64,000 nt of DNA from Candidatus Latescibacterota bacterium (GCA_965243025.1 CBDETY010000003.1:1856001-1920000); one strand, 5' to 3'; numbered from the stretch's first letter, positions 40,342 through 50,859 are shown. The notes: a model not told the origin generated them from the letters alone. Numbers and translations are program-made.

Positions 40342-41635
40342 ATCAGTCGTCATTCGCAACGGCCGGGTTATCGACCCCGGGAACAGTTGCGAAGCCGTTG
40401 GCGATGTCTGGATAGAAAACGGCCTGGTGCGCGCCGTTGCCGCCGGACTTCAGATCCCGGAGGGAACTCCCTGGCTCGATGCGAGCGGCATGCTCGTCAC
40501 CCCGGGCTGGATCGACTCGCACGTCCATTTCCGGGAACCGGGCTTCGAGGCCAAGGAGACGATCGCCAGCGGCAGCGCCGCCGCGGCCGCCGGGGGATTC
40601 ACCGCGGTCGCCACCATGCCCAACACCGAGCCGCCTCCCGATTCCCGGGCAACTCTCGCCGACCTGCGGGCCCGGGGCGCCGGCGCCTGCGTGCGCATCT
40701 ACCCGATCGCCTGCATCACCGCGGGCCGCGCGGGGAAGCGCCTCGCTCCACTGGAGGATCTCGCCGCCGCCGGAGCCGTGGCTTTTTCCGACGACGGCGA
40801 CCCGGTGGCGAAGGCAGGTCTGATGGGAGCCGCCCTCACAATCTCGGGGCGGACCGGAGTTCCCCTTTTTCCCCACGAGGAGGTCAGGGAGCTGACAGCC
40901 GGGGGCTGCATGCACGAGGGAGCGGTATCTCGCCGTCTCGGAGTCCGGGGAATGCCCGCGGCAGGGGAAGAGGAGATGATCGCCCGCGACATCGAGCTCG
41001 TGGAACGGTGCGGAGGGCACCTGCACATAGCCCACATCAGCACCTCCGGCTCGGTCTCCCTGATTCGCGAAGCCAGGCAGAAGAGCCTCGCGGTTACCTG
41101 CGAAGTGCTGCCGCACCATTTCGCACTGACGGACGAGGCGGTCGCCGAGCAGGGTTCGGCTGCCAAGATGAGCCCTCCGCTGCGCGGGAAAACGGACGTC
41201 GAGGCGGTGCTGGCCGGACTCCGGGACGGCACTATCGACACGATCGCCACGGATCACGCTCCCCACACGGCCGCGGAGAAACGGCTCCCGCTGACCGAGT
41301 CGCCGTTCGGCATCGTCGGCCTGGAAACCGCGGTCGGCCTGACCTTCACCTACCTCGTCGAGACCGGGGTCCTCGCTCCCGCACAGGCGGTCGCCAGGTG
41401 GACGTCCGAGCCTGCGCGCATACTCAGGCTGCCGGGGGGACGGCTCGATGTCGGTGCACCCGGGGACGTGACGATCATCGATCCGGCCAGGCGCTGGACG
41501 GTAAGGCCGGATCGCTTCAGGTCGAAGTCGAAAAACACGCCATTCGCGGGCTTCAGGCTCACCGGAAAGGCTGTGGCCACCATAGTTGGAGGCCGCGTCG
41601 TTTACGACGGGATGTCAGAGCGAGAAGAAGGGTGA
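40334..41635 (+). CDS. pyrC: Dihydroorotase
   Basis: DSHVHFREPG, MPNTEP, FSDDG, KMSPPLR, ATDHAPH. Confidence 0.94.
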   Translation: MSESVVIRNGRVIDPGNSCEAVGDVWIENGLVRAVAAGLQIPEGTPWLDASGMLVTPGWIDSHVHFREPGFEAKETIASGSAAAAAGGFTAVATMPNTEPPPDSRATLADLRARGAGACVRIYPIACITAGRAGKRLAPLEDLAAAGAVAFSDDGDPVAKAGLMGAALTISGRTGVPLFPHEEVRELTAGGCMHEGAVSRRLGVRGMPAAGEEEMIARDIELVERCGGHLHIAHISTSGSVSLIREARQKSLAVTCEVLPHHFALTDEAVAEQGSAAKMSPPLRGKTDVEAVLAGLRDGTIDTIATDHAPHTAAEKRLPLTESPFGIVGLETAVGLTFTYLVETGVLAPAQAVARWTSEPARILRLPGGRLDVGAPGDVTIIDPARRWTVRPDRFRSKSKNTPFAGFRLTGKAVATIVGGRVVYDGMSEREEG

Positions 41636-42958
41636 GGACTGAAAGGCGTCCTCGACATGGGTGACCTCGGGTCCCTCTGAACCGGTCCCGAGCTGCACGG
41701 CGATTACGTCGAACCTCACCTCGCACCCCCGGGGAATGCCGCGGCGGCGAATGAAACACCTGGCGGCGCGGGTCACGCGTTCCTGCTTTTCGGCCGCTAC
41801 CCTGAGTTCCGGGGGGTAGAGCCGGGATTCGCTCGACTTGACCTCGACGAACACCAGGCACTTTGCCCCGCGGGCAACGATGTCGATCTCGCCCCCCGCC
41901 CCCCGGTAGTTGCGCCCGATTACGCGGTACCCGGCAGCAACCAGGTGGGCGGCGGCGAGCTGCTCGCCGCGGGCGCCGATATCGCGCAAACGCCTGCGCC
42001 GCTCCCGCACCGATACCCCGAACTGCCGTTCCTCGTCCTCCGAAAGGGGAACCGCCTTCTTTCCGGAACGCAGCCAGCCCTCGAGGTCCTCGGAACTGGT
42101 CAAGACCTCCAGTTTCTCCCGGCACCGCCGGAGGGCGGGGCTCGGGGCGGGACGCAGTTGCTCCGCAACCGGCTCGAAAGAGCGCCTGTGGAGAGGGCAG
42201 GGGCCGAATTTTTGCAGGGCCCGGCGATGGCCGGCGCTCGCATACCCCTTGTTACTGGCGAAACCGTACTGGGGATACCTTGAATCCAGGTCGACCATCA
42301 TCCGGTCGCGGTGCACCTTGGCGACTATCGCCGCCGCGGCGATGGATACCGAGCGTTCGTCGCCGCTGACGATGGCGGTCTCGGGGAACGGGCTTCCCGG
42401 CTTGAGGGCGCCGTCGACGAGAACCCGCTCGGGTGGTGGAGCAAGTTCCTCCAGGGCTTTCCTCATCGCCTTCAGGGAAGCCTGAAGGATGTTGAGCTCG
42501 TCGATCTCGGGGACACCGATGGAAACCACGGCCACGCACTCCGCCTGTTCGAGAATCTGCCGGAAAAGGGTTTCGCGCACCTCGGGCGGCAGTTTCTTCG
42601 AATCGTCTATCTCCCGGAGCTCGACACCGGGGGGAAATGCGACTGCCGCGGCCACGACAGGGCCCGCCAGGCATCCCCGGCCGACCTCGTCCACTCCTGC
42701 CACCACCTGAACGCCCGACCGCCAGAGACGGGTTTCGAATTCACGCATTCGGCGGACGCGCGCGCATTCGGATTCGCGTCTGCGCATCTGCTCGCGGGCG
42801 CGCACCGCGATCCTGCGCACCCCTGCCCGCCGGTCCCGCTCGAGGACCCGGCAGGCGCGCCGATCGATGAAAGGGTGGGAGCGAACGAGGTCGTCTACCT
42901 GGGAGACCGAGAGGCGTTCGACAACCTTGGGTGTGATACGAGTAACGGGCGCGGACAT
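41615..42958 (-). CDS. rnhB: Ribonuclease HII fused to a YraN (UPF0102) nuclease-fold domain
   Basis: AGVDEVGRG, DDSKKL, AKVHRD, HRRSF, then GARGE..A..L, GEIDIVA, FVEVK, RFDV in one frame. Confidence 0.92.
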   Translation of the reverse strand: MSAPVTRITPKVVERLSVSQVDDLVRSHPFIDRRACRVLERDRRAGVRRIAVRAREQMRRRESECARVRRMREFETRLWRSGVQVVAGVDEVGRGCLAGPVVAAAVAFPPGVELREIDDSKKLPPEVRETLFRQILEQAECVAVVSIGVPEIDELNILQASLKAMRKALEELAPPPERVLVDGALKPGSPFPETAIVSGDERSVSIAAAAIVAKVHRDRMMVDLDSRYPQYGFASNKGYASAGHRRALQKFGPCPLHRRSFEPVAEQLRPAPSPALRRCREKLEVLTSSEDLEGWLRSGKKAVPLSEDEERQFGVSVRERRRRLRDIGARGEQLAAAHLVAAGYRVIGRNYRGAGGEIDIVARGAKCLVFVEVKSSESRLYPPELRVAAEKQERVTRAARCFIRRRGIPRGCEVRFDVIAVQLGTGSEGPEVTHVEDAFQSSPFFSL

Positions 42959-42982
42959 GGAGTGTTCAGGTTACAGATGCGA

Positions 42983-43010
42983 TTGACATGGCCCCCTGGT
43001 CCATTATGTT
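42983..43010 (+). promoter_or_regulatory. Possible sigma70 promoter for the 43086 gene
   Basis: TTGACA-N16-TATGTT. Confidence 0.4.
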
Positions 43011-43085
43011 GACGCAATCGCGTTCAAGTCCGGTGAGGGAACCCTCCCGGTTTTTCCGGGTCCATATGTTAAGGAAGGGGGTCCA

Positions 43086-43703
43086 ATGTCGGTGAATGAC
43101 ATGGCAAAGATTGCAGCCGCGGCCCTGATGGCCGCGGGGTTGATCCTGAGGCCGCTGCCGGTCCCGGCGCAGACCGAAATTGAAATCCAGCCCCTGACCG
43201 AGACGAACACCCGGCTCTACCTGAACGACGGCACAGTCGTGATGGGCCGCATGATCGAGCACAGCAAGGACCTCGTCATCCTTCAGGTGAACGAGCAGGT
43301 CTTCACCTTCGAACTCGAAGAGATCGACCGCATCGTAACTCTCGATTCCCTCGGAGCCGGGGCCCGGACAGTCTCCGTCATCGAGTTCCCCTACATCAGC
43401 TTTTTAGGGGGAACGGTCGCCTTCGGCCTGCTGTCCTGGCTGCAGTTCGACACCGCTTCGGACCGCGAGCGCGACGCGGACCTCAACGAGGCCAGCGGCG
43501 TCTTCGCGCGCGCCCGCGAGTTGCGCGACAAGGCCGAGCGCGCGCGTCTGCTGGGGTGGTCTTCGGCGGCATTGGCCGCCGGCAGCACCATCGTTGCCCT
43601 GGTTCCGCGGAGGGAGAAGCGGCGGATGTTCCCCGAACTCGCGCTGCGGTTTCCTGCATCCGGCTCACCCGGAGTGTTCCTGGCCTATAACAGACGCTTC
43701 TGA
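43086..43703 (+). CDS. Hypothetical exported/membrane protein
   Basis: AAGGAAGGGG RBS, signal peptide, small beta domain (LNDGTVVMGRM), two hydrophobic helices. Confidence 0.75.
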   Translation: MSVNDMAKIAAAALMAAGLILRPLPVPAQTEIEIQPLTETNTRLYLNDGTVVMGRMIEHSKDLVILQVNEQVFTFELEEIDRIVTLDSLGAGARTVSVIEFPYISFLGGTVAFGLLSWLQFDTASDRERDADLNEASGVFARARELRDKAERARLLGWSSAALAAGSTIVALVPRREKRRMFPELALRFPASGSPGVFLAYNRRF

Positions 43704-43837
43704 TCGGCGGGGCACTAGTCCCTTCCCGCGATTCCGCGTGAATCGGCCGCCGCCGACCCCGGTCCAGAGAACCTCTGCAACCCGGGGGGACCGGTCGCCC
43801 TCCTCCAGCCCGACCGGTAAACCGAATGGATGCCGGG

Positions 43838-44305
43838 CTATGGCTTGGTTTCGCTGCCGGCACTCTCCGACCCGATGAAGTCGACGAGGCCGCGCAAGGC
43901 CAGCAGATAGCTGTCGCTCCCGAAACCTGCAATCTGCCCGACGCAGACCGGCGCCACTACCGATTTGCGGCGGAACGGTTCCCGGGCATGCACATTCGAA
44001 AGGTGAACTTCCACCGCCGGGAGCCCCACCGCCGCCAGTGCGTCCCTCACGGCCAGGCTGTAGTGAGTAAGTGCCCCGGGGTTGATAACCACACCCCGGG
44101 CCCAGCCGGCGGCATCGTGCAAGACGTCGATAATTGCGCCTTCGTGATTCGATTGTTCGATCCTGAGCTCGACACCGAGCTGCCCCGCAACTTCTCTCAG
44201 GCCGGCGTCGATATTGGCAAGCGTCCCGGAGCCGTACACCCCGGGCTCGCGCCTTCCCAGCAGGTTGAGATTGGGACCGTGAACGACCAGAACTCGTAAC
44301 GCCAC
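43838..44305 (-). CDS. aroQ: Type II 3-dehydroquinate dehydratase
   Basis: [29 protein letters not shown]; GTG start with GGAAGG RBS. Confidence 0.96.
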   Translation of the reverse strand: MALRVLVVHGPNLNLLGRREPGVYGSGTLANIDAGLREVAGQLGVELRIEQSNHEGAIIDVLHDAAGWARGVVINPGALTHYSLAVRDALAAVGLPAVEVHLSNVHAREPFRRKSVVAPVCVGQIAGFGSDSYLLALRGLVDFIGSESAGSETKP

Positions 44306-44319
44306 TGATTCCTTCCCTT

Positions 44320-45057
44320 CTATTGGCCCGGCTCCTGCAGATGGCGACCAGCCCGTTCCAGCAACAGCGCCGACAGAACAACCCCTGCCGTATCCGAGCG
44401 CAGGGTCCGTTCTCCCCAGGAGAACGGCTGTGCCCCCGCTGCTGTCGCCGCCGCCTCCTCGGTCTTCGAAAATCCCCCTTCCGGGCCGATCATCAGGCCG
44501 ACGGAGGCTCCGTCTGCACTCAAGGAGGCCAGTTCCGGTTGCCCCGCCCCCCGCGGGGCAGAGGCGATCACCACGGTGTCGCACTCGCGCAGCAAGGAAA
44601 CCAGAATGTCCTCGAAGACACCGGGCTCGCTTACTGAAGGCACCCGGGAGCGACCGCACTGCTTGGCCGCCTCCCGCGCAAGGCGCCGCCAGCGCTGCAA
44701 CCGGCTGCCGGCCGCGACCCCCCTCTCCGCCAGCATCGGCCGGATCGATGCAACACCGACCTCCGTCGCTTTTTCGACCACATGGTCGAAACGTTGGCTG
44801 CCCTTCATGACCGCCGCGGCGAGATGCAGCCGTACCGGACTTTCGCCGCGCTCGGGTTCCCTCTCCATAATAACGCCGTGCACCGAGGTACGCTCGACTC
44901 TCTCGATGCGCACGCAATAGAATCCCCCCTGCCCGTCGACGACGTCGACCCGATCCCCGGCAGAGTACCTGCGCACGGCGACGTGGTGGGCTTCGTCTTC
45001 CCGCAGGGTCAGCCGATTTCCCGCGATATCATCGGGATGGACGAGAAAGGAAGGCAT
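44320..45057 (-). CDS. rsmE: 16S rRNA U1498 methyltransferase
   Basis: EKATEVG, EAAKQC, IGPEGGF, LRSDTA. Confidence 0.94.
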   Translation of the reverse strand: MPSFLVHPDDIAGNRLTLREDEAHHVAVRRYSAGDRVDVVDGQGGFYCVRIERVERTSVHGVIMEREPERGESPVRLHLAAAVMKGSQRFDHVVEKATEVGVASIRPMLAERGVAAGSRLQRWRRLAREAAKQCGRSRVPSVSEPGVFEDILVSLLRECDTVVIASAPRGAGQPELASLSADGASVGLMIGPEGGFSKTEEAAATAAGAQPFSWGERTLRSDTAGVVLSALLLERAGRHLQEPGQ

Positions 45058-45078
45058 CGTTCCCCCGTGCGGACCGGC

Positions 45079-45972
45079 TCACGACGGGCAGGCGGAAATA
45101 CCGAGCCAGCCGTCCCTGAACCAGCGGCGGCCGACGCCGAGGCCGGCCCCTCCCAGAAGGGATTCGAAATCGTCCTTTTCCGAGGTCAGAAGTCCTGAAA
45201 ACAGGATCCGCCCGTCGGCGGCGATCAAGCTTCGCATGGCAGGCAGGATCGGAACCTGGAACCGGCTCTCGAGGTTTGCGGCGATCACGTCGAAAGGGTC
45301 CTCTCCGGCCGCCTCGACGCTGCCCTGGACGACGCGCACCCGGCCGCGGCCGCCATCGCGGTCCGCCTCGAGATTTGCAGCGACGTTTTCCCTGGCGCAG
45401 GCGACGGCGTCGGAGTCGACATCGACGGCAACCACTTCCCTCGCCCCGAGTCTGACTGCGGCTATCGCCAGAATGCCGGTGCCGGTGCCGACGTCGAGAA
45501 AGCGCCGTCCGCGAAGTTCAGTCGCCGCCAGCGCTTCAAGACACAGCCGGGTCGATGCGTGGGTGCCGGTTCCGAAGGCCATCGCCGGCTCGATTGCGAT
45601 GTCGATGTCTCCCGGGGAGGTCTCGACCCGGATCCAGGGAGGGTGGACCACCAAGTGGGGAGTCGGCCAGACCTCCTTGTAGAAACGCCGCCATTCCGCA
45701 TTCCAGTCGCGGTCGGCGATGGCGCCTGAATCGATGCCCAGCGGGGAGATTGCGCTCCCCTCGAGCGCTTCGCAAAGTGTCGTTCGGGGAGGCCGATCTT
45801 CAGGGGATTGGCCGATTCCGAACCAGGCGACGATCGCGGCCCTGTCACCGGTCTCCTCGACCACCTCGACCCCGGTGCTGCCGCAGTCGAAACAGATCCC
45901 GACCGCGGCATCCAGATCCTCCGCGCGCAGGGTGAGGGAGACCCTCTGCCAACTCCCCGCTGACGGGCTCAC
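45079..45972 (-). CDS. prmA: Ribosomal protein L11 methyltransferase
   Basis: DWNAEW, EPAMAFGTGTHAST, LDVGTGTGIL; GTG overlaps mrp stop. Confidence 0.93.
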   Translation of the reverse strand: MSPSAGSWQRVSLTLRAEDLDAAVGICFDCGSTGVEVVEETGDRAAIVAWFGIGQSPEDRPPRTTLCEALEGSAISPLGIDSGAIADRDWNAEWRRFYKEVWPTPHLVVHPPWIRVETSPGDIDIAIEPAMAFGTGTHASTRLCLEALAATELRGRRFLDVGTGTGILAIAAVRLGAREVVAVDVDSDAVACARENVAANLEADRDGGRGRVRVVQGSVEAAGEDPFDVIAANLESRFQVPILPAMRSLIAADGRILFSGLLTSEKDDFESLLGGAGLGVGRRWFRDGWLGISACPS

Positions 45973-46799
45973 GTAGCCGGCAAGTCCTCCAGCGACGCCA
46001 ACACCCGGGCCGCGAGGGAATCGAAAATCCCTTTCTCCGGGCAACCCTCGCCATCGCCGCCTGCCGCAACCGGGCGGCCGCGGTCCCCCCCCGACCGGAT
46101 ACTCTCCGATATCGGGATCTCCCCGAGAAAGGGAATATCGAGGTCCTCGGCGAGAACCCGTCCCCCGCCTTCCCCGAAAAGGCGGTGGCGTTTGCTGCAC
46201 GACGGACAGTCGTAGTAGCTCATGTTCTCGATGAGCCCCAACACCTCGACCTCGACCTTGTCGAACATGGCGATGCCGCGCTCGACGTCGTCGAGGGCGA
46301 CGTCCTGGGGGGTTGTGACAATGACGGCCCCCGACAGGGCCACCGCCTGACTGAGGGTCAGGGGGATATCTCCTGTACCGGGAGGGAGGTCGAGGAAAAG
46401 GCAGTCGAGAACCCCCCACTCCACCTGGCGGAGAAACTGCTGCACCGCCTGGGCCAGCAGCGGACCCCGCCAGACCACGGGGGTGTCCTCGTCGGCGATC
46501 AACCCCATCGACATGACGGCAAGGCCGTGGCGGAAGACCGGAAGCAGGCGGTTCCCATCCGTCAACTCGGGCTGCTCGTCGATCCCCAGCATCAGTGGGG
46601 CGCTCGGGCCGTAGATATCGGCGTCCAGAAGGCCCACCTGCGCCCCGGTGCGCGCTGCGCCCAGCGCCAGGTTGACGCTCACCGTGGACTTTCCCACCCC
46701 TCCCTTGGCGCTGGCTACGGCAACCATGTTGCGCACACCCGGAACGGTTGCATTCGCGGTTGCCGGGTGCGGCCCCGGAGCCGTCCGATCACCCACCAA
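45969..46799 (-). CDS. mrp: Mrp/ApbC/NBP35 Fe-S scaffold ATPase
   Basis: [38 protein letters not shown]. Confidence 0.94.
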   Translation of the reverse strand: MVGDRTAPGPHPATANATVPGVRNMVAVASAKGGVGKSTVSVNLALGAARTGAQVGLLDADIYGPSAPLMLGIDEQPELTDGNRLLPVFRHGLAVMSMGLIADEDTPVVWRGPLLAQAVQQFLRQVEWGVLDCLFLDLPPGTGDIPLTLSQAVALSGAVIVTTPQDVALDDVERGIAMFDKVEVEVLGLIENMSYYDCPSCSKRHRLFGEGGGRVLAEDLDIPFLGEIPISESIRSGGDRGRPVAAGGDGEGCPEKGIFDSLAARVLASLEDLPAT

Positions 46800-47931
46800 A
46801 GGCGTCCCGCATGCGGTCGAAAAACCCCTTGCCTTCCCTGGCGGCCCGATCCCTGTGCAAGTGGTCGAGCTCCTCGAGAAGACGGCGTTCCCTGGCGCTC
46901 AGGTGGGTGGGGGTCCAGACCGTGATCTCGACCAGTTGGTCCCCCACGCCGCGACCTTCGACATGGGGAATCCCCTTTCCCCGCAGCCTCAGCACGTGAC
47001 CCGACTGGGTTCCTTCCGGGATGCGCATCTTGACCTTGCCGACCAGGGTCGGAACCTGCGCGTTGTCCCCGAGCGCCGCCTGGCTTATGGTGATCGGCAG
47101 GCGGTAGAGCACGTCGTTTCCCTCCCGCTGGAAGTCCGGATGCGGCTGCTCTTCGATAAAGACCTGGAGGTCGCCCGCCGGACCGCCGCGGCGTCCCGCG
47201 TCCCCCTCGCCCCGCAAAGGGATGTAGTTGCCGGTGCTGACCCCGGCGGGAATCTTGACGGTCAGAGTCGCCCGGTCCCTGACGGTCCCTTCGCCGCGGC
47301 ACTCGCGGCAGGGATCGCCAACGACCCTCCCTTCCCCATCGCAGGTCGGGCACGCGCCTACGGTAACCGACTGTCCGAAGAAGGAACGGGAGACCTGCTT
47401 GACCTGGCCCATCCCGCCGCAGGTTTCGCAGCTGCGAGGCGAGGATCCGGGGGCCGCTCCCGAACCGGCGCACTCGCCGCACCGCCCCTGGCGGTTGAGG
47501 TGGATTTTCTTCTCGACCCCGGTTGCGACCTCCTCCAGTGTGAGCTCGACGACGACCCTGAGATCCCGCCCCTTCGGCGGTCCGGAGGGGCCCCGCTGGC
47601 GCCGCGTGCTGCCGAAGATGCCGCCGAAAAGTTCGCCGAACAGGTCCTCGAAATCGGAAGCGTGGGTGAAATCCGACCACTGGAACCCGCCCGTGCCGAA
47701 GTTGCCCTCGATCCCGGCGTGGCCGTAGCGGTCGTAGGCGGATTTTTTCTCCGGGTCGCTCAGAACCTCGTAGGCCTCGGAGGCCTCCTTGAATTTCGCC
47801 TCCGCTTCACTGTCTCCCTGGTTGCGGTCGGGGTGATACTTGAGTGCCTGCTTGCGGTAAGCGCTCTTTATGTCCGCTTCCGAAGCCTCTCGCTGAACCC
47901 CGAGCACTTCGTAATAGTCCCGTTTCGCCAT
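46789..47931 (-). CDS. dnaJ: Chaperone DnaJ
   Basis: HPD J-domain, G/F region, four CxxCxGxG repeats. Confidence 0.98.
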   Translation of the reverse strand: MAKRDYYEVLGVQREASEADIKSAYRKQALKYHPDRNQGDSEAEAKFKEASEAYEVLSDPEKKSAYDRYGHAGIEGNFGTGGFQWSDFTHASDFEDLFGELFGGIFGSTRRQRGPSGPPKGRDLRVVVELTLEEVATGVEKKIHLNRQGRCGECAGSGAAPGSSPRSCETCGGMGQVKQVSRSFFGQSVTVGACPTCDGEGRVVGDPCRECRGEGTVRDRATLTVKIPAGVSTGNYIPLRGEGDAGRRGGPAGDLQVFIEEQPHPDFQREGNDVLYRLPITISQAALGDNAQVPTLVGKVKMRIPEGTQSGHVLRLRGKGIPHVEGRGVGDQLVEITVWTPTHLSARERRLLEELDHLHRDRAAREGKGFFDRMRDAFGG

Positions 47932-47955
47932 CAGGCCCCGCCCCGGGAACGCCTG

Positions 47956-48720
47956 TCAACCGTCGCTGGCTTCACTTTCCTCCTTTTCGGCAGGAGCCCT
48001 GCCGACGACTACCCGCGCCGGCCGCAACACCTTCTCCCTCAGCCGGTACCCCTTCTCCATCTCTTCGAGGATCGTTCCGGGCTCGCAGTCGGCGCTTTCC
48101 ACCTCCAGCATCGCTTCGTGGAGGTTGGGATCGAAGGGATTCCCCACCGCCTCGATCTCCTCGAGCCCGTAGCCGTTCAGGATCGTCTGGAACTGGGACA
48201 GGATGAGCTCCACACCCTGTTTCAGGGACCGGGCTTCGGCGGCCTCCTGGGCGAGGGCCCGCCTCATGTTGTCCATCAGGGGAGCGATCTGGAGCAGGAG
48301 GTCGCGCAGGGTTTCCTCGCGCGACTCCGCCCGCATGCGGACGGCGCGCTTGCGAAAGTTGTCCAGCTCCGCGGCGGCCCTCAGGTAACGATCGTAGTTA
48401 TCGGCGGCCTCGGCGCGCGCTTTTTCCAGCTGCACGAACGGGTCGTCGTCCTGCGGGACCTGTCCTTCCTCCGGAGGTGCCTCCCCTTCGCTGCCACTGT
48501 CCCTCGGTCCGGTCGGATCCCGGGAAGCTGCAGCCTCTCCGGAGCCGGCTTCAGCTCCGGGGGCGACCTCGTCCCCGGAATCGTCCCGGGCCTGCGACAG
48601 GTCCGGGGTATCGGCGGGCGGCTGGCCCCCCCCGTCGGCCCGACTGCCGTTCGCCCGGGTCTCCTGTTCGCTGCCGTCGTTCTCGGAAGGCGAGGTCTCC
48701 TCGCTGGTGAATCCTGTCAT
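47956..48720 (-). CDS. grpE: Nucleotide exchange factor GrpE
   Basis: AELDNFRKR, FDPNLHEA, KGY..LRPARV. Confidence 0.96.
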   Translation of the reverse strand: MTGFTSEETSPSENDGSEQETRANGSRADGGGQPPADTPDLSQARDDSGDEVAPGAEAGSGEAAASRDPTGPRDSGSEGEAPPEEGQVPQDDDPFVQLEKARAEAADNYDRYLRAAAELDNFRKRAVRMRAESREETLRDLLLQIAPLMDNMRRALAQEAAEARSLKQGVELILSQFQTILNGYGLEEIEAVGNPFDPNLHEAMLEVESADCEPGTILEEMEKGYRLREKVLRPARVVVGRAPAEKEESEASDG

Positions 48721-48819
48721 GCCCCCCTGTTCTCCACTCTGCCTTGTGATGGGGTGGTCGGCGATCAGCCCGGCCGCTTCACGGCGGGCAATGCGTAGAT
48801 GGAAGCCACTGCCTGAACG

Positions 48820-49845
48820 TCAACTGACGAAGTCGGCGGCGCGGGATGCGGTGTAGTTCAGCATGGCGAGGAGACGTTTATAGGGCATCCGCGTCGGCCC
48901 GATTATTCCCAGAACGCCAACGGCGTCGCGGGCGGCGTAGCTGGCCGTTACCACGCTGCACTGGCGCATCTCCACGGGCTCGTTCTCCTCCCCTATCGTC
49001 ACCACCACACCCTCGCGCCCGGCCAGCAGGTCGGCGAGCACCTCCTTGCGCTCGAGCAGGTCCACCAGCCCGGCGACTTCGGACGAATCGCTGAACTCCG
49101 GCTGTTCGAAAATGTGGCGGGCCCCGGCTACAAACAGGCCGTGTCCGCGGGGAGCCAGCAGGGATTCGATCTCGTCCAGCACGACCCGCAGCAGCTGCGG
49201 GTGCGGGATCCTCATGCCACCCAGCCGCTCTCTCGCAGTCGACTTGATCTCACTCATGGTGAGGCCGGCCAGACGCTCGTTGAGCAACTGCCTGACGGCA
49301 TTCATATCGGCCTCCGAGACCTCGGAGTCGACCTCGATAACCAGGCTCTGAACCGGACCGAGGCCCAGTGTCGCGACCAGCAGGAGCTGCTGCGAGGTCA
49401 GGCGCACCAGTTCCAGCTTCCGGAAAACCGCCTGCTCGAACCGCGGCGCAAGGGCCAGCCCGAGTTGATTGGAAACGTCTCCCAGGATGGCGGCGAGCTG
49501 AGCGTGAATCTCGTCGGCGCGAACCTGCTGGAACACCTCCTCCAGACTGCTCCGCAGCGACTCCAGCTCCTCTGCGGACAGGTCCAGTGTCTGCGTTTCC
49601 CCCTCGTCGACAAAGAAGCGGTAGCCCTCGTCCGTGGGCAGCCTTCCGGCGGAGGTATGGGGCTGCTGAACCAACCCCTTGCGCTCCAGGCTCGAAAGCG
49701 TCTTGCGCATGGTCGCCGGACTGAACTCGAAGCCCTCTCGCCCCAGAATCGTGCGGGACCCGACCGGGGTACGCAGATCGACGTAGGCCCTGACGAGGGC
49801 CTCGAGGACGAGACGCTCCCGCGTGGTCAGAGATTCGGAAAGCAA
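48820..49845 (-). CDS. hrcA: Heat-inducible transcription repressor HrcA
   Basis: PVGSR, SPATMR, PHTSAGRLPTDEGYR, IGPTRMPY. Confidence 0.96.
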   Translation of the reverse strand: MLSESLTTRERLVLEALVRAYVDLRTPVGSRTILGREGFEFSPATMRKTLSSLERKGLVQQPHTSAGRLPTDEGYRFFVDEGETQTLDLSAEELESLRSSLEEVFQQVRADEIHAQLAAILGDVSNQLGLALAPRFEQAVFRKLELVRLTSQQLLLVATLGLGPVQSLVIEVDSEVSEADMNAVRQLLNERLAGLTMSEIKSTARERLGGMRIPHPQLLRVVLDEIESLLAPRGHGLFVAGARHIFEQPEFSDSSEVAGLVDLLERKEVLADLLAGREGVVVTIGEENEPVEMRQCSVVTASYAARDAVGVLGIIGPTRMPYKRLLAMLNYTASRAADFVS

Positions 49846-49964
49846 GTCCGACGACCTCCGGTTCTGTCTGCAATGGGACGAACGGCGGAATTACCGGGGC
49901 GGCCCCGGCGGGCTGCCTGCCACCTAAATGCGAGTATTAACAGCCTCTTCCGGGTCAGCGCGAG

Positions 49965-49992
49965 AAGGTACAGTCGCCGCAGGGCATGTCAA
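49965..49992 (-). promoter_or_regulatory. Possible sigma70 promoter for the hrcA operon
   Basis: TTGACA-N16-TACCTT on the minus strand. Confidence 0.45.
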
Positions 49993-50229
49993 GAGTCGGG
50001 GAGGGCCGAAACCGGGCACTTCCACGCCGCTTCCCGGGCCCCCGGAATGTCTGCAGCCGCCCTCTGAAAACCGGATCGCGCATCGACCGCCGCCATTCCG
50101 TTCCGGGAGCGGACCCCGGTTGGAAGCCGCCCGCAACTGGCATAGTTTCCCTTCCATGCACCGCATGGTTCGTCAGCGGTTTCCCAATCACTGCGAGGGG
50201 GGCCGGCAAGGGCTCCCCCGCCATCGCCG

Positions 50230-50859
50230 ATGAGACGTACTCCCTCACTGTTTCCCATCCTTCTGGCCCTCCTTCCTGTCCCCCCGGTTCAATCGGGAGC
50301 GGAAACGGCTGCGGAGATGCAGGAGGCCGAAGCGGACGCCGGCATGATCGAGCTGTCCGGGTTCTCCATCGACAGGTTCGAGTTCCCCAATCTGGAAGGA
50401 ACGCTCCCGATGGTCGGCGTCAGCTGGGACGAGGCCCAGGAACTCTGCCGGTCGCGGGACAAGCGCCTCTGTTCCGAGCGGGAGTGGGAGATCGCCTGCA
50501 GAGGGCCGGAAAACTTCCGTTACGGGTACGGCAACGAATACGAACCCCGCCGCTGCAACGTCCCCTTTATTCACGAGGGGCGCTGGATCCGCAGCGGGCC
50601 TGCCGCCAGCGGCCTCCACCCCCAATGCGCCACGACTCCCGGGGTGCACGACATGATCGGAAATGTCTGGGAGTGGACCGACGGCTGGTACGACCCGGAC
50701 AGGCGCTGGAGGGTGGTGCGCGGGGGTTCGTGGTTCAACAGTCTCAATTTCGCCCGGGTTGGCGGCCGCTACGGCCTGCGCCTGACCCCCGACTACCGCC
50801 TCGACCTGATCGGCTTCCGCTGCTGCCGGTCAGCCCCGGCCTCTTCGGAGGGCAGGTAG
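50230..50859 (+). CDS. Exported SUMF1/FGE-sulfatase (C-type lectin fold) domain protein
   Basis: Signal peptide, KRLCSEREWE.ACRG, DMIGNVWEW, RGGSW, GFRCC. Confidence 0.9.
   Translation: MRRTPSLFPILLALLPVPPVQSGAETAAEMQEAEADAGMIELSGFSIDRFEFPNLEGTLPMVGVSWDEAQELCRSRDKRLCSEREWEIACRGPENFRYGYGNEYEPRRCNVPFIHEGRWIRSGPAASGLHPQCATTPGVHDMIGNVWEWTDGWYDPDRRWRVVRGGSWFNSLNFARVGGRYGLRLTPDYRLDLIGFRCCRSAPASSEGR

Noticed and set aside
38557-40359. 600-aa minus-strand ORF
   Set aside because: Antisense shadow of the ECF ATPase.
46648-48798. 716-aa plus-strand ORF
   Set aside because: Antisense shadow of dnaJ and grpE.
50230-50859. FGE-sulfatase domain as a diversity-generating retroelement target or true formylglycine-generating enzyme
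   Set aside because: No reverse transcriptase or template repeat seen in the window, and the catalytic Cys pair after RGGSW is absent.
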